From positions 1,509-65,508 of the forward strand of contig DAORAI010000005.1 in the NCBI GenBank assembly GCA_035344075.1: 64,000 nt of DNA. The letters run 5' to 3'. The DNA is from Woeseiaceae bacterium (GTDB taxonomy: Bacteria > Pseudomonadota > Gammaproteobacteria > Steroidobacterales > Woeseiaceae). The notes beneath the pieces were generated by a model. That model saw only the letters and a list, made by a program, of their open reading frames with translations. It did no database searches and was not told where the DNA came from. Both the position numbers and the translations under genes were made by a program. Positions 10,701 to 18,649 of the stretch are shown in pieces. How positions within the stretch are numbered: the first letter of the stretch is position 1; each line of letters starts with the position of its first letter.

Positions 10701-11438
10701 CAGGCTTCGATCAACGCGTCAGATATCGAAACCGCGGGAACGGCACTCATTACTGTTTACAACCCCGGCCCGGGCGGCGGTGAGTCCGCGTCGATCGCGC
10801 TTACTATTCTCGATCCGGGTACGGACTATTTCGACGACTTCTCGAGACCTGACGCTGCCACGCTGGGGGCAGGCTGGATCGAAAAGCAGCCCGGTGCCTT
10901 TTCACTTGGGGGTTCGAGCGCGGTCAAGAATGCGGTTTCGACCGGCTATCGCGACAACCTCGTCTACCGGCCCGCTGAAGAGGACCTTCTCGACGTCGAA
11001 GCGTCCGTGGAGCTGAACTTCACGACCCCGAGTGTCGGCTACCCGCAGCTGTGGGTTCGGGTTCGTTCCGACACGGCAGCAATTGGCAATATGGCTGATG
11101 GCTACATGCTGTACATGAACAACAGTTCAACTCAGGCCGTTCTCGGACGGCAGCGGGGCAATGTATTCGTGCAGTCGCTGGCGACATTCAACCTGACAAC
11201 GCCGTTGAATACGACGGATCAGTTCCGACTTCGCCTGCGTGCGATCGGCACAAATCCCGTGCTGCTGGACGCAAACATCGAGCGTCTCGGCCCCTCCGGA
11301 TGGGAGATTATCGGCCAGGCCAGCGCCAGCGACAGCTCGGCCAACCGGCTTGATACGCCCGGCTCGGTCGGTTTTGGCGGGTACGTCGAGAGCAGTTACC
11401 TGTTTGACAACTTTACAAGGCTGTACCAGGGGCCGTAG
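7731..11438 (+). CDS. Giant secreted repeat protein: three copies of an unassigned ~200-aa domain separated by IPT/TIG-like Ig modules (4 + 2)
   Basis: Signal peptide '[31 protein letters not shown]' from ATG 7731 with GGAG 11 nt upstream. Domain copies at about 7824-8450, 9585-10260 and 10821-11435. No C-terminal sorting tail. Confidence 0.85.
   Translation: [1235 protein letters not shown]
8454..9584 (+). repeat. Coding tandem repeat: four ~93-aa IPT/TIG-like modules
   Basis: Each module reads '...P.S...G...F.L.V.G..F.PGS.VRW.G.DR.T.(F/Y)(V/I)S.T.L.A.I...D....G...V.V.NP.PGGG.SNAQ.F.(V/I)T'. The fourth copy is divergent. Confidence 0.8.
10262..10820 (+). repeat. Coding tandem repeat: two further IPT/TIG-like modules
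   Basis: Same module as 8454-9584, e.g. '[61 protein letters not shown]'. Confidence 0.8.
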
Positions 11439-11568
11439 TGGCATCGCGCCGGTACGAGGGTGCAGGTGTCGGTTGGTTTTACATCCTTCGACCTGAATTG
11501 GAAGTTCGACAAGAAGGTTGGTAGGCGAGATTATTTAACATACTGATTTATAAAATAAAAAATAGATT

Positions 11569-11585
11569 TGGTATGAATGTTGCTT
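11569..11585 (+). promoter_or_regulatory. sigma54 (RpoN) -24/-12 promoter candidate
   Basis: TGGTATGAATGTTGCTT versus consensus TGGCAC-N5-TTGCW. GG at 11570-11571 and GC at 11582-11583 have the exact 12-nt offset. It lies about 48 nt upstream of ATG 11631. An AT-rich, IHF-like site (AATCAGTATGTTA on the minus strand, 11536-11548) sits just upstream. Confidence 0.6.
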
Positions 11586-11630
11586 TATATTAAACAGCAG
11601 AGCCGGTTCGCGGTTCAAATGGGAATGCAC

Positions 11631-12305
11631 ATGAAACTCAAAAAAATGATTAGCATCTTCGGCGCGAGCATCGTTGCCAGCCTTCTACTTGCGTCACCTG
11701 CTCAGGCGACATTGATCCTGACGTTGAGCGACGGCGAGAATACTCAGACGATCACCGATGTCGGAGACAACGGGGCAGTGCTTTTCGTTGGCTCAGTGGG
11801 CCAATGGATACTGAACGTCACGCTTGGCGTTAGCGATCCTCTGATTGGCGACTCGAACAAGGCGCGCCTGGACCTGAGTTCCCTGAATGTAATGGGCCTG
11901 TCGAATTCCGGTGGTTCGCTGACCATCAGCCTGACGAACACGGATGTCAGCGTCCCGCACGGCGATACGAACTTCTCGGTTGATCTTGGCGGCACGACTG
12001 ACGGCCAGATTTCGTTCCAGTCCTACATTGATTCGACAAATACTGCCTTTGGCACCGAAACGCTGCTTTACGACACAGGTGTATTGACGGGTGGCTCGTT
12101 TAGTTCAACGGTATATGGCGGAGCGTCAGTCACAGGGCCCTATTCGATCACAACCGTTGCGACGATTTATCATGAGCACGGACTGTCGCTGACCGGCTTC
12201 AACCACGGTGTTGAAATTCCTGAGCCAGCGGGCCTGGCTCTGCTGGGAATCGGCCTTCTCGGGCTGGGCTTCGTAATCAGGCGACGACGGTCCAGGTTGA
12301 GCTAG
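11631..12305 (+). CDS. PEP-CTERM-anchored secreted protein (exosortase substrate)
   Basis: Signal peptide 'MKLKKMISIFGASIVASLLLASPAQA'. Ser/Thr/Gly-rich beta-type body. C-terminus 'VEIPEPAGLALLGIGLLGLGFVIRRRRSRLS'. Confidence 0.9.
   Translation: MKLKKMISIFGASIVASLLLASPAQATLILTLSDGENTQTITDVGDNGAVLFVGSVGQWILNVTLGVSDPLIGDSNKARLDLSSLNVMGLSNSGGSLTISLTNTDVSVPHGDTNFSVDLGGTTDGQISFQSYIDSTNTAFGTETLLYDTGVLTGGSFSSTVYGGASVTGPYSITTVATIYHEHGLSLTGFNHGVEIPEPAGLALLGIGLLGLGFVIRRRRSRLS
12219..12305 (+). other. PEP-CTERM sorting signal
   Basis: The P-E-P codons cct gag cca lie at 12219-12227, followed by the hydrophobic helix 'AGLALLGIGLLGLGFVI' and the basic cluster 'RRRRSR'. Confidence 0.9.
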
Positions 12306-12343
12306 CTCGCCTGCAGCCAACTCGCCTGCACTGAATCAGGATG

Positions 12344-12378
12344 CCGGGACGCGATTCGTAATCGCTCCCGGCATTTTT
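12344..12378 (+). terminator. Rho-independent terminator
   Basis: CCGGGA(C)GCGA-ttcgtaa-TCGCTCCCGG forms a 10-bp stem with one bulge. It is followed by CATTTTTCA and lies 39 nt after the PEP-CTERM gene stop. Confidence 0.7.
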
Positions 12379-12509
12379 CATTACGCTGCAAAATGCGCGC
12401 CCCAACACCTTTGATTCCGTGCATCCATCACGCCACGGTCTGTGGATCAGTGCCGTGTTTGCTTGTCGAATGTTAGGTATATTACAGCCCCTTACCCGGA
12501 GTTGGCTGG

Positions 12510-15359
12510 ATGAGCTGTATGCCTGACGAAACGACAAGACCGATGGCGCTCCATCGGCCGTTGAACCTGTATCGCGGGTTAACCATCCTAATCCTGGTTG
12601 TTGCACTGCTCACCGTCGCCGCCTGCGATTTCAGACTCGACAGTGAGGCGCTACTCGCGAGAGCGCAATCGGCCGTTGAGCAGAACGACTATCGTACGGC
12701 AATCATCGATCTCAAAACTGTTCTGCAGCGTGAGCCTGAGAACAAGGATGCGAGACTGGCGCTGGGCCAGGTGTACCTGCAAGTGGCCGAACCGTATGCA
12801 GCGGAGAAAGAGCTGCGGAAGGCCATTGAGCTCGGCGTCCCCAAGAGTAGTGTGGTGGTCTTTCTGGGTGACGCCCTGCTGGCGCAAAAGATCTACGACA
12901 TGGTGCTGGCAGAAATCGACGTAGAAGATGCTGCCAATGACGATGACCGGATTTCGCTGCAGCTGATTCGCGCCGAAGCACACCTCGCGCTTGGGCGTCC
13001 CGATAGCGCCCGCCAGCTTTACGTCGAAGTGCTGGAGAAAGACCCGGAGAACCCGGCCGCGTATCTCGGAATGGCGTCCACGTACATGCTGGAGCGTCAG
13101 TCGCAACAAGCCGCCGTTTCCATTGATCGCGCTATCGAAGTTGGGCCGGACTACGCACCGGCCTGGCTGGCACGAGCTACGTTCAGGCTGAATGCCAGGC
13201 TGCCTGACGCCGCGAAGGCTGATTTCGAACGCGTAATCGAACTGGCGGCTGCCGGTGAGGATCGGAATACTCTGCCCACGGCACTGGCCGGGCTGACCGA
13301 TATCCACCTGCTGCAGGGAAACATTCAGGCTGCGCGCCGCAGTGCCGCAGAATTGAGTTCGATAGCCGAAAACAGTCTCATGGCACGATATACCACTGCA
13401 CGGGTGGCGGTGGCTGAGGACGATCTGGAAACGGCAGTTGTGTTGCTGCAGGGTGTGCTGAAGGACGCCCCGGACTTTCGGCAGGCCCATTTGCTCTACG
13501 GTACGGTCAGCCGTGCCAAAGGCAACCTCGCGCAGGCAGAAATGTACCTTGCCAGCGCGGTACGTGCCTGGCCCGAGAACGCTGAAGCGAGAAAACTGCT
13601 CGCTGACGTTCGGCTGCGGCAGCACAAGCTGCGCGGCGCGTCAGATGCGATCGAACCCCTGTTAAACAATGAAGAGCCTGTTGATGACCACCTGCTGGCA
13701 ACCGCCGGTATCGTAAAACTGCAGTCTGGCGAGTTGTCGGAGGGGCTTCAACTTTTCCAGAGGAGCGTCGCCGCTGATCCTGAAAATCTCAATCGCAAAC
13801 TGGATTTGGCCGCGATCTATCTGGCAGTGGGCGAGGTGAACAAGGCATCGGAAATTCTGGACTCGCTGCAAGGGACGGAGGCTGATCGGGCCAGGCTGGA
13901 TCTGCTGAACGTCGTCGCGCTGCAGCGCAGTGGGGATTCGGCAGGCGCCATCGGATTGGCTGAACGTTTGCTTCTGCGCTACCCGGATAATATTCAGCTC
14001 ACTGCCGTATTGGGAAGCTTGCGCCTGGGAATTGGTGACCTGCCAGCCGCTCGAAGGAGTTTCGAGCGAGTTCTTAAGCTGGATGCCGAAAACCTGGAGG
14101 CTTTATTGGGTCTTGGTCGCATAGACATCGCCAACAAGCGCTATACCAATGCCCGACAGCGATTCCGACGGGCACTGCAGATTTCGCCAGCAAATATCAC
14201 TGCGACGTCCGAGATGGCGCGGCTTGCAGCACTTGAAGGCGACCTGGCGACTTCGGTGAGCTGGCTTGAAAAAGCCAGACAAAGCGGTGCGGACGCTTCG
14301 CTGCCGCGAATAAAACTGGCGACCCACTACCTTTCGCAGCAACGCTACGATGAGGCGATGCAGGTTGCACAGGAGGCGGTGCAGATTGACGACCAGGATG
14401 CACGTGCCCGGAATCTGCTCGGCGTAACCCTAATGGCGCGGGGCGACTTCAAACTGGCGGCCAGAAACTTTGCAGAGGCAATTCGTCTCGGGCCGGACGT
14501 CGCCGCGTATCGCTACAACAGCGCTCGAGCTGAACTTGAGATGGGGAATGACCAAGCAGCCCTGCGGACGGCTGAAGAGGCCTTCGACGCACATCCCGAG
14601 CACGCGGCATTAGCGGCACTATTGGCAGACTACCATTCCCGAAACGGCAACTTCGCGGCAGCGAAAGCTATCGCAGACCGACTGCAATCGGCTCGTCCCG
14701 GAAAAGCCGCTGGGCTTGTACTGCGCGGTGACATCCTGTCGGCACAAGGGGAATTTGCAGCAGCCGTTGAAATGTACGATCAGGCCCTCGCGCTTGACCC
14801 CAGTCAGGATTTGGCAGTTCGTGCCTATCACTTGCGCAAGAAGGCATCCAATCCAGAGCCGTACGGTCCGCTGTTGGACTACGTACAGGCGAATCCGTCA
14901 GATCCGGCAGCACGAATGATCCTGGCAGAGACCTACCATGCGAACAAAGATGTGGATGCGGCTTCCGCCCAGTATGACCAGTTGTTGAAAACCAATCCGG
15001 AAAATGTCGTCGCGTTGAACAACCTTGCGTGGATACTCTTCGACAGGGGAAGTCCGAGGGCGCTTGATCTGGCGGAAAAAGCCTACCGAATTTTACCCGA
15101 CAACGCCGCGATAGCTGATACCTACGGCTGGATATTGCTGAAACAGAAGAAAAGCGAATTGGCGAGCTCGGTGCTGCGTAAAGCAGCCGAAGCGATGCCA
15201 TCAGACCCGGAGATACTCTATCATTTCGCTGTCGCGGTGCTGGAGTTCGGTGACAAGGAAGAGGCTCGCGCGATGCTTGAATCCATCGTGGCATCGGATC
15301 ACGAGTTTGCCAGCCGCAGTGCGGCGGAACAGCTAGCCAGAGAAATTCAGGGAAATTGA
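12510..15359 (+). CDS. prsT: PEP-CTERM system TPR-repeat lipoprotein PrsT-like
   Basis: 949 aa. Lipobox 'LLTVAAC'. The rest is wall-to-wall TPR repeats. GGAG lies 8 nt before the ATG. Size and context fit PrsT. Confidence 0.85.
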   Translation: MSCMPDETTRPMALHRPLNLYRGLTILILVVALLTVAACDFRLDSEALLARAQSAVEQNDYRTAIIDLKTVLQREPENKDARLALGQVYLQVAEPYAAEKELRKAIELGVPKSSVVVFLGDALLAQKIYDMVLAEIDVEDAANDDDRISLQLIRAEAHLALGRPDSARQLYVEVLEKDPENPAAYLGMASTYMLERQSQQAAVSIDRAIEVGPDYAPAWLARATFRLNARLPDAAKADFERVIELAAAGEDRNTLPTALAGLTDIHLLQGNIQAARRSAAELSSIAENSLMARYTTARVAVAEDDLETAVVLLQGVLKDAPDFRQAHLLYGTVSRAKGNLAQAEMYLASAVRAWPENAEARKLLADVRLRQHKLRGASDAIEPLLNNEEPVDDHLLATAGIVKLQSGELSEGLQLFQRSVAADPENLNRKLDLAAIYLAVGEVNKASEILDSLQGTEADRARLDLLNVVALQRSGDSAGAIGLAERLLLRYPDNIQLTAVLGSLRLGIGDLPAARRSFERVLKLDAENLEALLGLGRIDIANKRYTNARQRFRRALQISPANITATSEMARLAALEGDLATSVSWLEKARQSGADASLPRIKLATHYLSQQRYDEAMQVAQEAVQIDDQDARARNLLGVTLMARGDFKLAARNFAEAIRLGPDVAAYRYNSARAELEMGNDQAALRTAEEAFDAHPEHAALAALLADYHSRNGNFAAAKAIADRLQSARPGKAAGLVLRGDILSAQGEFAAAVEMYDQALALDPSQDLAVRAYHLRKKASNPEPYGPLLDYVQANPSDPAARMILAETYHANKDVDAASAQYDQLLKTNPENVVALNNLAWILFDRGSPRALDLAEKAYRILPDNAAIADTYGWILLKQKKSELASSVLRKAAEAMPSDPEILYHFAVAVLEFGDKEEARAMLESIVASDHEFASRSAAEQLAREIQGN

Positions 15360-15426
15360 GGACGCGATCAGAAGCAGCGTAACTGGTTTCCAACAAGCAA
15401 AACCTAAAGAGTGCAGGATCTTAACA

Positions 15427-16047
15427 ATGACGAAAACTTTTTCTTTTTTCGGGTACGCGCTAGTTCTAATCGCACTGCAAGGATGCGCAGGTTCCGGACC
15501 GGTCGTGGCAACGGCGGGTCAAAATGAACCAGTAGACCGGTCCGCTGATTACATCATTGGTCCCGGTGACGTCTTGCAGGTCTACGTCTGGGATAACCCG
15601 GAACTGACCGTGACAATTCCTGTACGCCCGGACGGCATGATAACCATTCCGCTCGTTGAGGATATGCGGGCTGTGAGCAAGACGCCGACGCAGCTGGCAC
15701 GCGATGTGGAAGTGAAGTTATCCGAATATGTCAGGACGCCCCAGGTCAACATAATCGTGACGAATTTTCGGGGAACGTATCAAAAACAGATCCGGGTCGT
15801 TGGTCAGGCGGTGAGTCCGCAGTCGTTGTCATTTCAAAGTGGAATGACGCTGCTGGACGTCATGATAGAAGTCGGTGGACTCACCGAGTTCGCGGCCGGC
15901 AATCGGGCCAAAGTTATCCGTTGGGAAAATAACGAGCAGCAGGAGATCAGGGTTCGCCTGAAGGACCTGATAAGTGATGGGGATATCCGCGAAAATATTG
16001 ACATGAAACCCGGTGATGTTCTGATTATTCCCGAGTCAATATTCTAG
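15427..16047 (+). CDS. epsE: Polysaccharide export outer-membrane lipoprotein, EpsE/Wza-like
   Basis: Lipobox 'LIALQGC'. Poly_export signature 'YIIGPGDVLQVYVWDNPEL' plus an SLBB-like C-terminus 'GDVLIIP'. Confidence 0.85.
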   Translation: MTKTFSFFGYALVLIALQGCAGSGPVVATAGQNEPVDRSADYIIGPGDVLQVYVWDNPELTVTIPVRPDGMITIPLVEDMRAVSKTPTQLARDVEVKLSEYVRTPQVNIIVTNFRGTYQKQIRVVGQAVSPQSLSFQSGMTLLDVMIEVGGLTEFAAGNRAKVIRWENNEQQEIRVRLKDLISDGDIRENIDMKPGDVLIIPESIF

Positions 16048-16151
16048 ACACGGTATAGTTTAGAAATTCTGTTAAATTGAATGTGTATCTATATGATAAC
16101 AGCGATAAAGTGTGGGGTTAGCCTACGTCGTAATCGACGGGAAGAACAATA

Positions 16152-17774
16152 ATGCCCAACATCATTTCTCAAGTAATGGCGGAGCTCGTCGGTGCCAGCC
16201 GGTTTCGGTGGCATGGCATGTTGCTCGCATGGCTGGTTTGCGTACTCGGATGGATTGGCGTCGTACTTATTCCAAATACCTACGAGTCGAAGGCTGTCCT
16301 GTATATCGACACGGCTACCGTTCTTCGGCCCTTGCTGGCCGACCTGGCTGTCAACACAGATGTCATGTCCGAGGTTCGGATGATGACGGAGGTTCTGCTG
16401 AGCCGTCCGCAGCTCGAACGCGTGGTTCGCGAGACGGACCTTGATCTGAGAGCCGAGACAAGCAAGGACTTTGACGAGCTTCTGACGTCAGTGCGTGAAC
16501 GTATTCAAGTGTCGGGTACCTCGGCGCGAAATGCGTACAACGATCAGAATCTTTTTACAATCAAGTTCGAAGACACGAATCCGCAAACCGTCTATGACGT
16601 TGTTCAGTCGCTACTCGATTCATTCGTCGACAAGTCCCTGGGCCAGAACAGAGCGGATTCGGTCGGTGCGCAGGACTTCATCCGCGATCAGATCGCACAA
16701 TATGAGACACGCCTGGCCGAGGCGGAACGAAGCCTGGCTGAATTCAAGAAGGCCAATGTCGGTTTGATGCCGAGTCAGGGACGTGACTACTACGAACGGC
16801 TCCAGATTGCCCTTGAGCAACTCGAAGACGCCCAAGCCGAGTACAACAGAGTTGCGCAACGGCGAAGTGCGTTGCAGAAGCAGATCGATGGCGAGGAACC
16901 GACCTTCGGTTTGCTGGGGTCGCCCGGGAGCGATACCGGTGAATCTGCACCGGGCAACGAGCAGTTGGCGGCACTGGAGAAAGAGCTGGCAACACTCTTG
17001 TTGAAGTACACGGAAAAGCACCCTCGTGTTGTGGAGATCACCAACAGGATTGAACAGATTAGAGTCCAGAATGAACAGCAGATGGCTGAGGTAAACAGCC
17101 AACCGACGTACAGTCTGAATACGGATCTCGTCAGCATGAATTCGCTCGATCTCAATCCTGTGTATCAAAGCCTCAAGATTTCAATCGGTGAGGCGAACGC
17201 CCAGCTCTCAGAGCTGAATGAGAAAATCGCCAGTGCCCGGTCGCAGGTAACCTACCTCCGTGAGATGGTAGATACGATGCCTGAGGTCGAGGCACAGCTC
17301 GCACGTCTGAATCGCGATTACGAGGTTAACAAGACGCAGCACACGGCATTGATGAAGCGACTTGAATCTGCGCGACTGTCCGAAGAGGCGGAGTTTCGGA
17401 ACGAAGAGATCAAATTCCGGATTATTGAGCCGCCGATCGTACCTATGAAACCGGTCGGTCCCAACAGATACCTGTTCGCAACTATCGTTCTTTTCGCCGG
17501 GTTTGGAATCGGCGGCGCGTTCTCGTTTCTCCTTAATCGGATCAATCCGGTCTTTAACTCGGCAAACGAGCTCCGCGAAGCTTTGCAGATTCCTGTGCTT
17601 GGCACGGTTTCCTTGTACCAGTCTGAAACAGCAAAGAAGGAGGCGCGAAGAGGAGCATATAGATTCGGTTATGCGACGTTCGGGCTCTTGGCCCTGTATT
17701 TCACTACCCTGTTTTTGTGGCCCGCGGCGGACATGATCAAGGAAGCGCTTGTCAGCGCGGGAGTTCTGGTTTGA
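16152..17774 (+). CDS. epsF: Polysaccharide chain-length determinant (Wzz/PCP family), EpsF-like
   Basis: N- and C-terminal TM helices flank a long coiled-coil periplasmic region: 'YESKAVLYID' Wzz start motif and 'P..P..P' before the last TM ('IIEPPIVPMKPVGPNR'). Confidence 0.85.
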   Translation: MPNIISQVMAELVGASRFRWHGMLLAWLVCVLGWIGVVLIPNTYESKAVLYIDTATVLRPLLADLAVNTDVMSEVRMMTEVLLSRPQLERVVRETDLDLRAETSKDFDELLTSVRERIQVSGTSARNAYNDQNLFTIKFEDTNPQTVYDVVQSLLDSFVDKSLGQNRADSVGAQDFIRDQIAQYETRLAEAERSLAEFKKANVGLMPSQGRDYYERLQIALEQLEDAQAEYNRVAQRRSALQKQIDGEEPTFGLLGSPGSDTGESAPGNEQLAALEKELATLLLKYTEKHPRVVEITNRIEQIRVQNEQQMAEVNSQPTYSLNTDLVSMNSLDLNPVYQSLKISIGEANAQLSELNEKIASARSQVTYLREMVDTMPEVEAQLARLNRDYEVNKTQHTALMKRLESARLSEEAEFRNEEIKFRIIEPPIVPMKPVGPNRYLFATIVLFAGFGIGGAFSFLLNRINPVFNSANELREALQIPVLGTVSLYQSETAKKEARRGAYRFGYATFGLLALYFTTLFLWPAADMIKEALVSAGVLV

Positions 17775-18649
17775 GCAAGATCCAAAAGGCACTTCAGAAG
17801 GTCACGGCTGCTGCCGGTGGTAAGGCAACGGATTCTCGAACGCGCGAGACCATCAAAACAGCAATACGCTCGGACCATGAAGCCAAGCGGTGTGCATCTT
17901 TGCCGCACAAGCAGAGGATTGAGGTTGACCTGGGATTGTTGTCGACTAGCGGTATCGCGACACTGAATGAAGGCGAGAGCGAGCTTCGCGATGAAATGAG
18001 GCGAATAAAATGGCCGATCCTCGCCAATGCATTTGGCGATCAACGCAAGGATATTCCACGCGGCAATGTCGTTATGGTGGCCAGCGCTACTTCCGGAGAG
18101 GGAAAAACATTTACGACTATCAATCTCGCGATGAGTATCGCTGCTGAGAAAGACTTTGACGTATTGCTGGTCGATGGAGATATTGCGAAATCGCATACCA
18201 GTGAATTATTTGGCCTGACAGGATTCCCAGGTGTCACGGATTATTTATTAGGTGATGTTTCGAACATTTTGGATGTCACGGTCGGCACGGACTTACCGGG
18301 CCTTAGTTTGCTGCCAGCGGGCAGGGCTGATGAGCATGCGTCGGAACTGATTGCAAGCAATAGAATGTCGGACTTGGTCACGGAGCTCAGTCAACTGTTT
18401 CCAAATACCGTGGTCCTTTTTGATTCGTCGCCGCTTCTACAAACAAATGAGTCGCAGGTCTTGTCACGCCATGTCGGCCAGGTGCTTCTCGTAGTAGCGG
18501 CAAATAAGACGCCAACTGCCGCCGTCAAAGACGCCGTTGCATTGCTTGGGCCAGACGTCGTGGTCAATGTTATTTTCAACGGGATGAAGCGACTGTTCGG
18601 GCAGAAATACAGCTTTGGAGGCTACTATGGCTACCATTACAAACGTTGA
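17771..18649 (+). CDS. epsG: Chain-length determinant tyrosine autokinase, EpsG-like (BY-kinase ATPase)
   Basis: TTG start in a TTGA overlap with the epsF stop ('LSKIQKALQK'). Walker A 'SATSGEGKTF', Walker A' 'VLLVDGD', Walker B 'VVLFDSSP'. Confidence 0.8.
   Translation: MSKIQKALQKVTAAAGGKATDSRTRETIKTAIRSDHEAKRCASLPHKQRIEVDLGLLSTSGIATLNEGESELRDEMRRIKWPILANAFGDQRKDIPRGNVVMVASATSGEGKTFTTINLAMSIAAEKDFDVLLVDGDIAKSHTSELFGLTGFPGVTDYLLGDVSNILDVTVGTDLPGLSLLPAGRADEHASELIASNRMSDLVTELSQLFPNTVVLFDSSPLLQTNESQVLSRHVGQVLLVVAANKTPTAAVKDAVALLGPDVVVNVIFNGMKRLFGQKYSFGGYYGYHYKR

Noticed and set aside
8454-10820. Regular ~280-bp periodic repeats (here and at 36.2-40.6 kb) that could be mistaken for a repeat array or CRISPR-like structure.
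   Set aside because: The repeats are in-frame protein-domain repeats (IPT/TIG-like and two-Cys Ig-like). Their conservation is at the amino-acid rather than the nucleotide level, and there is no short direct repeat plus spacer organisation.
12306-12330. 10-bp direct repeat CTCGCCTGCA x2 (12306-12315 and 12321-12330) just after the PEP-CTERM gene stop.
   Set aside because: It is too short, occurs only as two copies, and has no obvious partner site elsewhere in the window. It is probably fortuitous or part of the terminator-proximal 3'UTR.
12651-13625. Long antisense or alternate-frame ORFs inside real genes, for example 12651-13625(-) 324 aa, 9864-10619(-) 251 aa, 14668-15396(-) 242 aa, 30309-31160(-) 283 aa, 38022-38870(-) 282 aa, 39038-39760(-) 240 aa, 44780-45544(+) 254 aa and 25730-26371(-) 213 aa.
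   Set aside because: They lie wholly within genes whose products have clear family signatures. Their translations are Arg/Pro/Ala/Ser-rich low-complexity strings typical of shadow ORFs in GC-rich DNA, and they lack signal, motif or RBS support.
15384-15399. TGGTTTCCAACAAGCA, a GG-N10-GC match upstream of epsE.
   Set aside because: The -12 element is AAGC, not TTGC, and the -24 half is also weak. It is indistinguishable from chance, and the 67-nt gap after prsT is compatible with read-through.
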